A DNA stretch of 63,061 nt, filler included, from Licmophora abbreviata (Eukaryota): NCBI GenBank assembly GCA_900291995.1. It is 13 parts of 13 records of this genome, joined end to end, with 100 filler letters (N's around TTAATTAATTAA, not from the genome) between each part and the next. Parts side by side here need not be neighbours in the genome. Positions count along the whole stretch, not along the records: positions 36,281 to 37,718 come from OLMU01004322.1; positions 37,819 to 46,527 come from OLMU01004326.1; positions 46,628 to 50,845 come from OLMU01004327.1; 10 more parts are not named here. One strand, written 5' to 3'. The notes beneath the pieces were generated by a model, which did no database searches, was not told the origin of the DNA, and saw nothing but the letters and a program-made list of their open reading frames with translations. This document shows, piece by piece, positions 36,281 through 47,016 of this stretch. Within the stretch, counting starts at the first letter, position 1; each line of letters begins with the position of its first letter. A program made the translations under genes and the position numbers.

Positions 36281-37718
36281 AGCAGTGGAAGCAGTTATAG
36301 CAGCGGCAGTGGAAGCAGTTATAGCAGCGGCAGTGGTAGTAGCTACAGTAGCGGCAGCTGGTCTTCCGACGAAGGACATCACAATCCCAGTCCCACCCCG
36401 GGTCCTGTTCCAAACTTCAATGACATACACAACGCCCTTTTCTTCGACTTTCCGTACGAGGCGGAAGAAGGAGACAGCTATTGCGGCTCCGGTCAACCAC
36501 CACTGGACGAGCTTGAAAGGCAAGCAGCCGAAATACGAATCTTTGCCAAGATTGAGGCAGATGGGGGGAACCGAAGAAAGCTCTGTACTGGCTGCATTGT
36601 CATCGATACGTACTTTCATGTTGTATCAGACTCGGCTGGACTGACGGGGAGTATGGAGGAATGGCAAGTCAATGCTCAGATGAACAAACTAAACGCCACT
36701 TTGCCGATACAGCCTTTCAGTTCAGTCTGATCAACACCGACGACCACACTGGATTCCGACTTGTTCTTCCTGAACGGAATCGTATACCAGAATGACATTC
36801 CGAACATACAAAGCGCTCTAGGTGACTTGCTTCGAGTGACAGACGATCATATGGTTCTCAACATCTATACTCTTAGGCTGCGAAGCCGAGGACTAGGTGT
36901 TGCCACCTTTCCAACTTCCTACGCTGGTATCAAAGATGGAGTGTTCATTGATCACTGCACTGTGCCAGCCGGCACGGGCTGTCCAGGGTTCAATGGGGGT
37001 GACATCTTAGGTCATGAAGTCGGCCATTGGTTGGGTCTACTTCACACTTTTGAAGGCGGTTGCAATGCCGAGCAAGGCGACTACATCGCCGACACTCCTC
37101 CACAAGCCATTCCCAAGTACAGCTGTCCACCAGAAGGCACATCTGAAGACTCGTGTCCCAACCTGCCTGGCGACAATCCTCACAACAACACCATGGGGTA
37201 CAGCGTCGCCTGCTACGCTGGTTTTACACCAGGACAAAAGGCCCGCATGTACGATCAATGGAAGCTCTACCGTGAAGAAACCGAAGTCTGCAAGCCAGGC
37301 GAGGGCATTCTGACGCTCCAAATAAAGACGGATGACACCCCAGAAGACAGCTTCTGGCGTCTATATCAGGAGTCCGGGCAGCTCATTTCCATGGGCGAGT
37401 ATGGCGCCTCAGAGGAAAACGTGGCTCAGACCACTGACATCTGTCTGCCATATAATGTTTCAATGTATTTCGGTCTTGGTGACGAGAGCGCGGACGGTTT
37501 GTCTGGTCTAGACGCCGTTTTCAAAGTAAGCTTCAATGGAAGGACACTCAAAGAGGACACTACGTTTGACCGATGGGCTGGCGTTTCGTTCACGACGATG
37601 AGTAACACTACATGTCCAAACAACGAAGCCTTCGTGGTGGTTGAGCTACTTTTGGACTATAAACCTGTCGAGACAAGCTGGGAGATCGTCGACTCTGGTG
37701 GCCAAGCTGTCTACACGG
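36281..37718 (+). CDS. Second M43 metalloprotease, truncated by gaps at both ends, with in-frame TGA at 36728 (error or pseudogene)
   Basis: The frame from 36281 reads SSGSSYSSG... then CTGCIVIDTYFHVV; later HEVGHWLGLLHTFEGGC, NTMGY and FTPGQKARM. Confidence 0.8.
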
Positions 37719-37906
37719 NNNNNNNNNNNNNNNNNNNNNNNNNNNNNNNNNNNNNNNNNNNNTTAATTAATTAANNNNNNNNNNNNNNNNNNNNNNNNNN
37801 NNNNNNNNNNNNNNNNNNGTGTGTACAAGTGTCACCTCCGATCTCTCCGTCTGTGGATCTGATCTCACATTGTACCTACTCGTGGACTAAATTCTAAGTT
37901 TGTGAG

Positions 37907-38911
37907 ATGAATTTGAAGCCATTCTGGGCGTGGTGTGCCTCCAAGGGGATCCAAACGCCGCTCGATATCCGACTCCGAAGCGACGGCTCTCGCTACACGG
38001 TACTACGTCGCGACGAACAGAAGCAACCCGATGATGAAAACAACAATACGCTTCTTATTCAGTGTCCTCTGGATGCTTGTCTCCGAGCCCCAACGAGTGA
38101 GGAGCTTGTCGATCGTCTCGTTCATGAAGTGTCGTTGGGAAGAGAATCAGATTTCGAACCGTACCTTGCGACTCTCCCCAAGGAGTTTCCAGACTTTCCT
38201 CGATTCTGGTCGTTCGAACGGTTGGAATCAGTCACGGACGGTGGCTTTCTACAGCAAGCCATGATGGAGCATGCTACTAGCAGAGAAGAGGATTTCGATG
38301 CCTGGGCCCAGGCCTGTGTCGACTCGCGTGCCAACTTTCTACAAGATGGCTCGTACGCCCTCACGCCAGTCTTGGACATGATCAATCATGATGGGCATAC
38401 GATCGAAACGAGTGCCGCCGTCTCGGGCCATATATTTACACTGGAAGCAAAGCAACAACAGCCGAATAAGGAGGAAATCTGCATTAGCTACGGCAATCTT
38501 ACCAATCTGCAAACACTGCTCAATTATGGCTTTGTCCAACGCAACAATCCACACAATACCGAGTTTGTACGAATATACATCATGGGACACGCACCCGTGA
38601 CGGCTCGATTGTGTGGAGCGGATGGATCAGTCGATGCTGTATCGTTGGGGATGCTTCGCAAGCACTTGGCGACGGACGACGAACAAGAACAGGCATCTGC
38701 AGCTGGACTGCTCGTTCCTGTCGTGTCGCAACGCAATGAAGTCGACACACAGGCGCTGATTGCCAGTTTCATCGAAGAGGCCATTGAAGAAGCAGCAACG
38801 ACAACCATCACTGATGATCCATTGGTAGCGACGTATCTACACGAGCGAGGAGTCACCTTGCAGGTTGCCAAGAGCAGGATAGAACGAGAATTCCCAGAAG
38901 CCTTTGGTTGA
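37907..38911 (+). CDS. SET-domain protein lysine methyltransferase (Rubisco LSMT / SETD3-like)
   Basis: FWAWC..GI, FEPYLATLP, PVLDMINH, EEICISYG...LLNYGF. Confidence 0.85.
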   Translation: MNLKPFWAWCASKGIQTPLDIRLRSDGSRYTVLRRDEQKQPDDENNNTLLIQCPLDACLRAPTSEELVDRLVHEVSLGRESDFEPYLATLPKEFPDFPRFWSFERLESVTDGGFLQQAMMEHATSREEDFDAWAQACVDSRANFLQDGSYALTPVLDMINHDGHTIETSAAVSGHIFTLEAKQQQPNKEEICISYGNLTNLQTLLNYGFVQRNNPHNTEFVRIYIMGHAPVTARLCGADGSVDAVSLGMLRKHLATDDEQEQASAAGLLVPVVSQRNEVDTQALIASFIEEAIEEAATTTITDDPLVATYLHERGVTLQVAKSRIEREFPEAFG

Positions 38912-38961
38912 CTCGAATCTCTTCCGGCAAGTGCTCCATGAGTTTGTTTCATCTCTCTAGC

Positions 38962-39486
38962 TTAGCGTAGCTCTTTCTTGAATTGCTTCTTAACTTCCCT
39001 GTCCAGCTTCTTTGTGCATTTGAACGTCCTCGTAGCATGGTACAACATCAACCTTCGACTATTGAAGACTTTGGAACACGAAGGACACTCCCTGAGATCG
39101 ATAGCCTCTAGAACTGATACCCTCTTTCTGGGCCGCGCCGTGCCTGATTTCTTCTGTTGCTTCCCCGTCTTTCTCACCAGCTCATCGACAGAAATCTTTC
39201 CATCATTCAGCAATCTCGTTTGTAGATCTAAGGCTTCGCCAGATGTGCTCAATCCTTGTTTCTTGCAGCGCTTCTGGAGCTCCGGAAGCGTCATATGGGC
39301 CAACGTTTCAGCCCACTGAACCCGCAGTCGAGTATCGATGGGGGTTTCCCGCAGAATCGATTCGCGGAGGCGCGACTCGCTAGTATACCTATCACGACGA
39401 CCAAAGGCCCCAAGCGACTCTTGTATGCCACGCTGAAAATAAAACGAACGCCCTGTCGCCCCGCGAAGGACCATCGTCGCCATCAT
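38962..39486 (-). CDS. Small SAP-domain plus zinc-finger-like protein
   Basis: MTLPELQKRCKKQGLSTSGEALDLQTRLL (SAP); CPSCSKVFNSRRLMLYHA...C; Arg-rich N-terminus. Confidence 0.75.
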   Translation of the reverse strand: MMATMVLRGATGRSFYFQRGIQESLGAFGRRDRYTSESRLRESILRETPIDTRLRVQWAETLAHMTLPELQKRCKKQGLSTSGEALDLQTRLLNDGKISVDELVRKTGKQQKKSGTARPRKRVSVLEAIDLRECPSCSKVFNSRRLMLYHATRTFKCTKKLDREVKKQFKKELR

Positions 39487-39928
39487 GGTCGAGGCACCAT
39501 CTCATAGTGACTGCAACGGCGCCGACGCTACTCGAAACACAGAAACTACGAGCTCGATGAACCACTCTTCGTGTGGAGGAATATACCTCGCAAGAATAGT
39601 ACAACACATTGAACATACGAGGGACAGGATACCTTCATTCGAACCACGCTTCGCGGTGATGGGAAGCCATCCAGCTCCATGGAAGACATGCACATCATGT
39701 ATATTGCTGGGAATAATTCAAATTCTACGTTCTTGCCCGTTGCGAGGACGAAATGTTGCCAGGAATAGTTATTTATGTAGTTCTGGCCGCCACGCACTAT
39801 ATTAATGTTAATATAAACCGACACACGTTAATTGCAGGGGAGTGTCGAAACTCGTCAATTATCAATTTACAAAATCGAGCAGACACAGCTGTCTTCGGAC
39901 GCATGTTGAAGAGTTGAAGCTTGAGTCC

Positions 39929-41976
39929 TCATCTCCCAAAACGAAGCTCTTGCCGAAAGTGGTCCGAGACTTCCCGAGGTAGCTTGTTGAAACATTGGCG
40001 TTTCATCAAAGCATGATTCAGCATGCCCTTTCGACTCCCAAAGTTTGCAGAACAAGCAGGACATACTACGCTCTGAGGATGTAGAGGATCTTTATCCCCG
40101 CTGGCATTCTCATCCCTGCGGGTAGCCCAATCACCGCCGCCCGCTTGGCGAGGGACTTCACGGTGGTTGTGGCGGAGCTTGTCGGCCTTTGACGTTTCCT
40201 CAGTAGTGAGTTTGTCCTCGCTGGCGTCACGTACCACGTCTTGCACTCGAATGTGACTTCCCGCATCCTCCCGACTGCGAATCTGTGAAGAGTATTGTTC
40301 TTTCGAGAGAATGCTATCGACGGCAGCGCCAGCATGCAACACGACATGCCACTCGTGCAATCGCCCCCTCTGAAGCTCGATAACCACGTCGAATATGGGT
40401 GGCCCTCGCCTCTCCGTTTTGAGTTTCGATGGTTCTTCACCGCGGACGCCACTTCTTCTTGCCTGGTCCCTCGCCGCCATGTCGCCAAGGGTCACAACGT
40501 CGACACCCCCCACCAGATCATTGAGTTGCTTATTGCGAACAAGTCCGGGCATAGTTCCATGAGCTGAGGCAATAATTCGCACCCCACGCTCTTTGCATGT
40601 CAGAGCAGCGTGGACCTCTGCAATGAAGGCAGTAGGCCATTCGATGGCAGGAAATAGTGAGTGAAGCGAACATAACAGCATTGATCAACCAAGTACATCA
40701 AAATCCATGTGTGTAGTAGCATACCTGCTCTGCGACCTATTTCATCAATGACAAGGACGGCTGGCGTATGGTTCTGCACGCATTCCACCATGACCTGAGC
40801 CTGAGCGTCAATGCTTTTCACTTGCACCCGACGAGACATACCAATGCACTCGTGGGGGATATCGCCAGCACCACCAATCTCACAAGAGGTATCAACAATA
40901 ATGACACTTTTGTCAATGGCAAGGAGTCGGGCAGCGTCTCTTACTATCGAAGTCTTCCCGGATCCTGGAGGACCTACAAACAAAATACTGGCCTCAGATC
41001 CGAACAGCAAGTCAGCAATCATGATGGCATTTCCGGGAACGTAGCGACCGACGCGCATGGTCAGCCCAACGCATTCCCCATCGCGGTTCCGAACAGCCGA
41101 TATGCGATGAAGTGATCCATCGATTCCTGCGCGATTGTCTGTCCCAAAACGACCAACCCGTGCAATAATGTCTCTGATTTGATCCATGGAGATGGTCTTT
41201 TCCGGATTTCCGAGCATCACACGCCGACCATTGACCCATGCGAACGGGTGTCGGCCCACGTCCAGAACCATCTCCATCAACTGGGCTCGCTCCGTTGGAT
41301 CTTGCAGATCTTCTGCAAGACGCTCTGGCAGTAGTGCAAGCAGCGATGCGGTCTCATCGGCGGTATTCAGGGTAGGTGAAAGCACGGCGTCGCTCAATCT
41401 GCCTTGTCGCTCGAGCTCCGAATGAGGCACAAGCCGGTATCCATTCGCTCTGTCGAAGCAAAAGAGATTCGAAATGTCCTTCGTCTCTTCTACTTCAATA
41501 TCGGAATCTTCCTCCAGATCGGAGTCTTCTTCTAGACCTGAAAAATCCTCTAGATCGGAATCCGAGTGTAATGTGTCCCAGTCTTCGTCCTCTACTTCGG
41601 AAGCGGGGTCCTCGAACTGCTCTTCCACAATCTCTTCCTCGTCGTCATCGCCAATCGAACCATCCTCAGCAGGAGACAGGTGAGTCAACAATCTCATCTG
41701 CAGATCCGCCTTTCTACCTGAAACTTTCAAGGCGTGCTCCCTGCACATATCTTTGAGCTGAAGGACCGTCATTTTGGCCAGGTCCTCTTTTGAAAAATCC
41801 AGCTCGTAACCGTCATCCACGTCCTGAAGCATAGCGCTGCTACAAAGTGGCCTGGCAGCTTCTTGGCCAAAGAAGGCATTCGGGATGCAGCTCGTTCTCC
41901 TATGTATGTGACTAGTGGTGCGAAGCGACACTAGCGAGGAGCGCCGCGCCGCAGCCCGAAGGAGCAAACACACCAT
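39929..41976 (-). CDS. SAP + acidic tract + Ycf45/SpoIIIAA-like AAA ATPase + zinc-finger-like tail (intron 40618-40724)
   Basis: DNRAGIDGSLHRIS, GLTMRVGR, Walker A GPPGSGKT, QNHTP.V.VIDEIGRRAE|V..ERGVRIIASAHG; SAP MTVLQLKDMCREHALKVSGRKADLQMRL; CPAC...H...C tail. Confidence 0.88.
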
Positions 41977-42379
41977 GGTCGACGGAAGGTCAACTTTATG
42001 TTTGTGTGGTCGAAACGAAACTAAACTTGAAACGGGTGAAGAAAACTCTGTGTCACAGCTCGCGCGCAGGCCAGACGAGCTGATGTCATGGTGAGTGCGC
42101 GCGATCAACTTCTGAAACCTCTATGGACACAGTGTGTACTGTGTGACACAAAACGATCATTTTGGCGAGAAAATTAGATAATGAGAGATACCGGGAATGT
42201 TTCGTGGATTAAGTAAATGAGGCCCAACGATCACTCGTGAAACTTCTTCTCCGATGGGTCGTTGGGTGCTCACATTCTCCTTCGTGATGAGTCGTGTGAC
42301 CATTTTGCATCGCTAATATTTCGTCGTAGGACTGTGTTTCTTCTCATTGCACTGCAAATCTTGACACACCTGTTGGAAG

Positions 42380-44163
42380 ATGTGGATCCGCCTTATCCTT
42401 CTTCTAGCCTTTCTTGCTAGCTCCGCGGAGGGGGCGGAAGTGAGGAATCGCCGTATCAAGGGGGCACGTGGCTCGATCAAGAAACGAAGGCTCGGCAAGA
42501 AGGACTCTGATGATGTCAATGGCAAAAAAGACAGTAGCGACTCCTCGGACGTGCCAAGCGCGTCTCCTACATACAACTCCGGTGGTGGTATCACTGGAAC
42601 GCTGGCGCCTAGCGGATCTGCTGGACCGTCTTCGGTTCCTACATCTACTCCGGTGCCGCCAACCGTTCCTCCGTCCACTCCACCACCTCAGCCCACCATG
42701 TCTCCAGTTGCCACGGGAACGCCGGCGCCCAACGGTTCTAGCGGAGTGTCTTCTCCTCCTTCGAGTGCTTCAGTTCCCTCGACCGTACCGTCTTTCTCCC
42801 CAACCAGCACTCCATCATCTCAGTCGTCCGTGTCGCCGACTATCCGAGGAACGCCGCGGCCCAGTGGATCCGTCAAACCATCTTCTGGCCCAACAGGTGT
42901 TCCTATGCCATCCACTGCCCCGTCCATTTCTCCAAGCAGCATGCCGTCATCTCAGCCGAGTATGCCCCCTTCTGGAGTGGTCATATCGCCCCCTGACGGT
43001 TCCGCGTGTTGGAAAAATATGAATGATGTTACGCTTCAAGATCTGGTTGCATTTCTTACGGATCCGACTTTTGACTCCACAATGCCGCGCGTATACACGT
43101 TCTGTCCCGGATCGGTTGTGAACGTGGGCTATTTTGGTCCAGGAACATCTTTCCTTCCGTTTTCGCTAGTGGGGGATAACCTCCCCCTCATCCCACTCAA
43201 CCCTTACATGCATGTTCGATGCGGTGATTCAGGGGAGAGCTCGAACAACTGTATTTTTCGGGGCGGTCAGGAGCATATTTTGACTCAGGCCGATACTGTC
43301 TTCATATCGGCTCTTCTACCCTTCCTTCCATTCTTAGTTCCTGGACTTTCGTCCCTGCCGTCTCTACCGGCAGACTATATCCCAAATTCGTCCAATTTTA
43401 AGATCGAAGGATTCACGTTCGAAGATTCGGCGGGTTATGAGCAGGATGACTTCGACCATCCCATTGTTGCCTTCCTTGGTGCCGGTGAAAACATGGTGAT
43501 CAAAGACTGTATCTTCAGAAATAACGCAATCAATGGAGAAGCTACAACAGTTGCCTACAGTGCTGTAACCATGTGGCGCGTTCCTGCTGCGCAGATTGGC
43601 ACTGGGGCTTACAGCAGTCTCACCATAATGGACACCGTGTTTGAGGTACGTGACACCCACTGACGGACATTCGCCTGAGAGTGTATGGCGAGAATCTTCC
43701 GAATTTCACGACTTAAATAATGTGTTTATTGCCTCAACGACGACAGGCTAATTTCTTTCAGGAAGGGGTTGTGACTACGAGCTTCGACGGCACAGCGCAG
43801 GAGAATAGCGATCCGTCGCTTGTGGAACTGACCATCAAAGACTGCACATTCTCCTCCAACGTCGTAATAGGTCCCTCCTCAACTCTTGCTGTGATTAAGG
43901 CGGATTTGCACACGACGTTAAAAGTGGAAGACTCGTGCTTCACCAACAATATCATCGCCGACGATGGCACTCTTGCCAACGCTGCGATCGTATCGAGCTC
44001 TGCTGGAAACGGGTCATATGGGAACTTGTTTGGGACGGGCAACACGCTTCCTGTCAGCTCAACGTGTCCTCAGATTGCCCAGTATATGATGGACGGGGCG
44101 CTGACTTCGATTGTCGGTACTTCTTGTGCTGCGTTCGATGCTGCTACGTGTGGAGCCGTGTAA
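42380..44163 (+). CDS. PST-stalk secreted family member 2 (intron 43646-43746)
   Basis: Signal peptide, RRIKG..RRLGKKD, PS/PT stalk, PPDGSACW...RVYTFCPG...RCGDSGESSNNC; DTVFE|ANFFQEG. Confidence 0.88.
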
Positions 44164-44882
44164 CTGTTGAATGTGCCGGCACGCGAAAAGTTCACCTACC
44201 TGTCTTCTCGTCAATGTGACCTGCAACTGTCAGTTCGTATTATAGGATGTGTAGTTGTGTAGTTTTGATATCTCTTTACGTATCATACGAGTACTTTCAT
44301 GGCATCGCAACCGACTCGACTCGACGTCCTCTCGAGATTTATCATGCAATATTGAGATCCAGTTGCATGGGATTGCGAGAGGACAGACGAAATATTGTGT
44401 CATATGAAGACACATCTGCACCGATCAGATTTAGTCGGACAGGGCTGCGAAACTGGATTGCGGCGTGCTTCTATGTTTCCGAAACTTATGAGCTCGGATT
44501 GATTCATCCATTTATTTGAATGAATCGAATCGACGGGCCTGTCCGAGCGACAAAAGTTGAAACATCATGACATTTCTCCAGGCACGGGCGTATCATATGT
44601 ACATAAAGAGACTGACTCCACTTCAAACTGGCGAGTCCGGCGATCGCGACGAAAGATGGTTTGGAAAAACGAGAATAGAAAATTCCATTTGCGTTGGATC
44701 GCCGCTTTTCCCACGGAAGCAAGTTCTTGCCATGACTATCGTGTGTGCTTCTGATACTTTCTCTTGAAGTGCGACAAGTGAAGGCGTCCGTTGTATCGCC
44801 ATAGTATGGTGAGGATACCAGGTCCGGCTGACATGCAGGTCCTTCACAAGTCACTATCCCTTCCAGGTCCCTCACGGCGACG

Positions 44883-46382
44883 ATGAAACTCGTCAATGCA
44901 TGTGCTCTTCTTCTCAGCTTGCTTGTCGTCTCGGTGGAAGCAAATGAAGTGAGGGTTCGCCGAGTCAAGGGTGCTAGCAGCCTCGGTGGGACACGAAGGC
45001 TTGGGAAGAAAGACACTAGCGTCGGGGGTAAGAAAGATGACGCCGCAGACTTCAGCTCCGAAGCTCCAAGTTCCTCCCCCACAGCCCAGAGTACGCCGAC
45101 CCCGGACGGATCTGTGGATGGAACTAATCTCACCCCTGTTTCATCTCCTATCGCAGGCCCAGGTATTGTGCCTCGGGCGAGCGTAGAGGTGCTACCCTTG
45201 GATGGTTCTGATTGCTGGAACAGTACGGTAGAGGTCACGCTTACGGATCTCGTGTTCTTTCTCACCGATCCAACGTTCGACGTGAATGTGACCCGTATCT
45301 ACACGTTCTGCCCTGGGTCAACAATGGGAGTCGGATATATTTCCCCGGGAGGTCCCCTTGGCTTTCAATTAGTAGGCGGAGACCTCCCGATGATAGTTCT
45401 AAATCCAAACGTGCACCTTCGGTGCGGGGCTGCAGGAGAGAGCTCCAACAATTGCACGATTCATGGTGGACAGGAACACATTACCTCACAATCAGATACA
45501 GTACTGTTGGAGATTCTTCTACCCTTTCTTCCCTTTCTGGTACCTGGCCTTCCAGCGCTTCCTGCTCTTCCAGATGATTACACGCCCGACTCATCGAATT
45601 TGCTGGTGGAAGGGTTCACGTTCAGCAAATCGGCCAACTTCCAAGAAGACGATCTCAATCACTCGTCCATTTTCTTTCCAGGTCCTGGTACCGACATGCT
45701 GATCAGAGACTGCATCTTCAAGGACAACGCCGCAGCTGGGAGCGCACAGGTCGCTGCGCAGAGCGCGATCTCTCTGTCACGCGCCGCTGACGCACAAATT
45801 GCAAATGGTCCCTACAATAGTCTCACTGTAGTCGACAGTAGATTTGAGGTAAGTTTTGAACGCCTCAACGTTTGTATCAGCAATGGATTGTATAACATTG
45901 TCGAGATTGATTGCAAGAGAAACAGCTGATCGTCTTTCGTACCGGTTGGACTTCTCTCTATTCAGGATAATACGTTTACCGACGCTGTTATTATTACGAG
46001 ATTCGAAGGCATAACCCAAGACAATAACAACCCATCCCTTATCGAGCTCACTGTCCGGCGCTGTGTCTTCGAAGAAAATATCCTGGAAGGGCCATTCCCC
46101 ACCGTTGCCGTGATCCATACGACATTGCACACGACCGTCACAATTGAAGACTGTTGCTTTTTCAGCAACAACGTGGCCGGTCGAGAGACCCTTCTTAGAA
46201 ACACCGCAATTGTTTCTACGTTGGACAGCTTCTTGTCTTTCGCCAATTTGTGTGGGCTTTACAACGTACATCCCTTCACAGCAACATGCCCTGACATTGC
46301 TCAGTACACGCTGGATGCGACGTTGAGTCAAATTGCCAGCACGGCATGCCTTTCTTTTGATGCTCCAGAGTGTATTACGTAG
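44883..46382 (+). CDS. PST-stalk secreted family member 3, short stalk (intron 45849-45965)
   Basis: Signal peptide, RRVKG..RRLGKKD, conserved domain; DSRFE|DNTFTDA. Confidence 0.88.
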
Positions 46383-47016
46383 TAAAGTGATAGTTGTTGT
46401 ACTGTACAATTACATTTAATGTTTAAGCACGCGTGCGCTAGTCTCTGGTCCGTCCATGGTCGAAGAGAGTCAACTGATTGTTTGTTTCAATGTACCGTAG
46501 GGACCGATTGAGAGATATGATATGTATNNNNNNNNNNNNNNNNNNNNNNNNNNNNNNNNNNNNNNNNNNNNTTAATTAATTAANNNNNNNNNNNNNNNNN
46601 NNNNNNNNNNNNNNNNNNNNNNNNNNNACTGCTAGAAATGTCATGACGCACTTGATGTTTTCGAAATGGGTCTCAAACCACGACTCGACTCAGTCCGTTC
46701 CGGTCTTGTAGGAAGGCTCACTAGAAAATTTCAAAAAAAATTGAGTTCACGTGTCATGAAACGCTCCCTGGAACTGTCAGGTTGATGGTACTCGCCTACA
46801 TCATTCCAATCTTGTGAGTCGCAACGTTCATTCGATATCTTACACTTTTCCAAGAATCTGAGGGCGAAAGGTGAGTTTCGTGTTTGATCAGTCGTTAACA
46901 GCGACATAGAACCCCACTATACCGGTACAAACACAGGTGTGTCACCTCCTTCCACCGCTTACTCCTTCTCGCCATTTTTAGTCTCGCAGTCGATGAAAAG
47001 CTCCATTTATATCAAA

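Noticed and set aside
36728..36730. In-frame TGA as selenocysteine or readthrough
   Set aside because: Explained by two compensating indels; the homologous sequence lies in the shifted frame.
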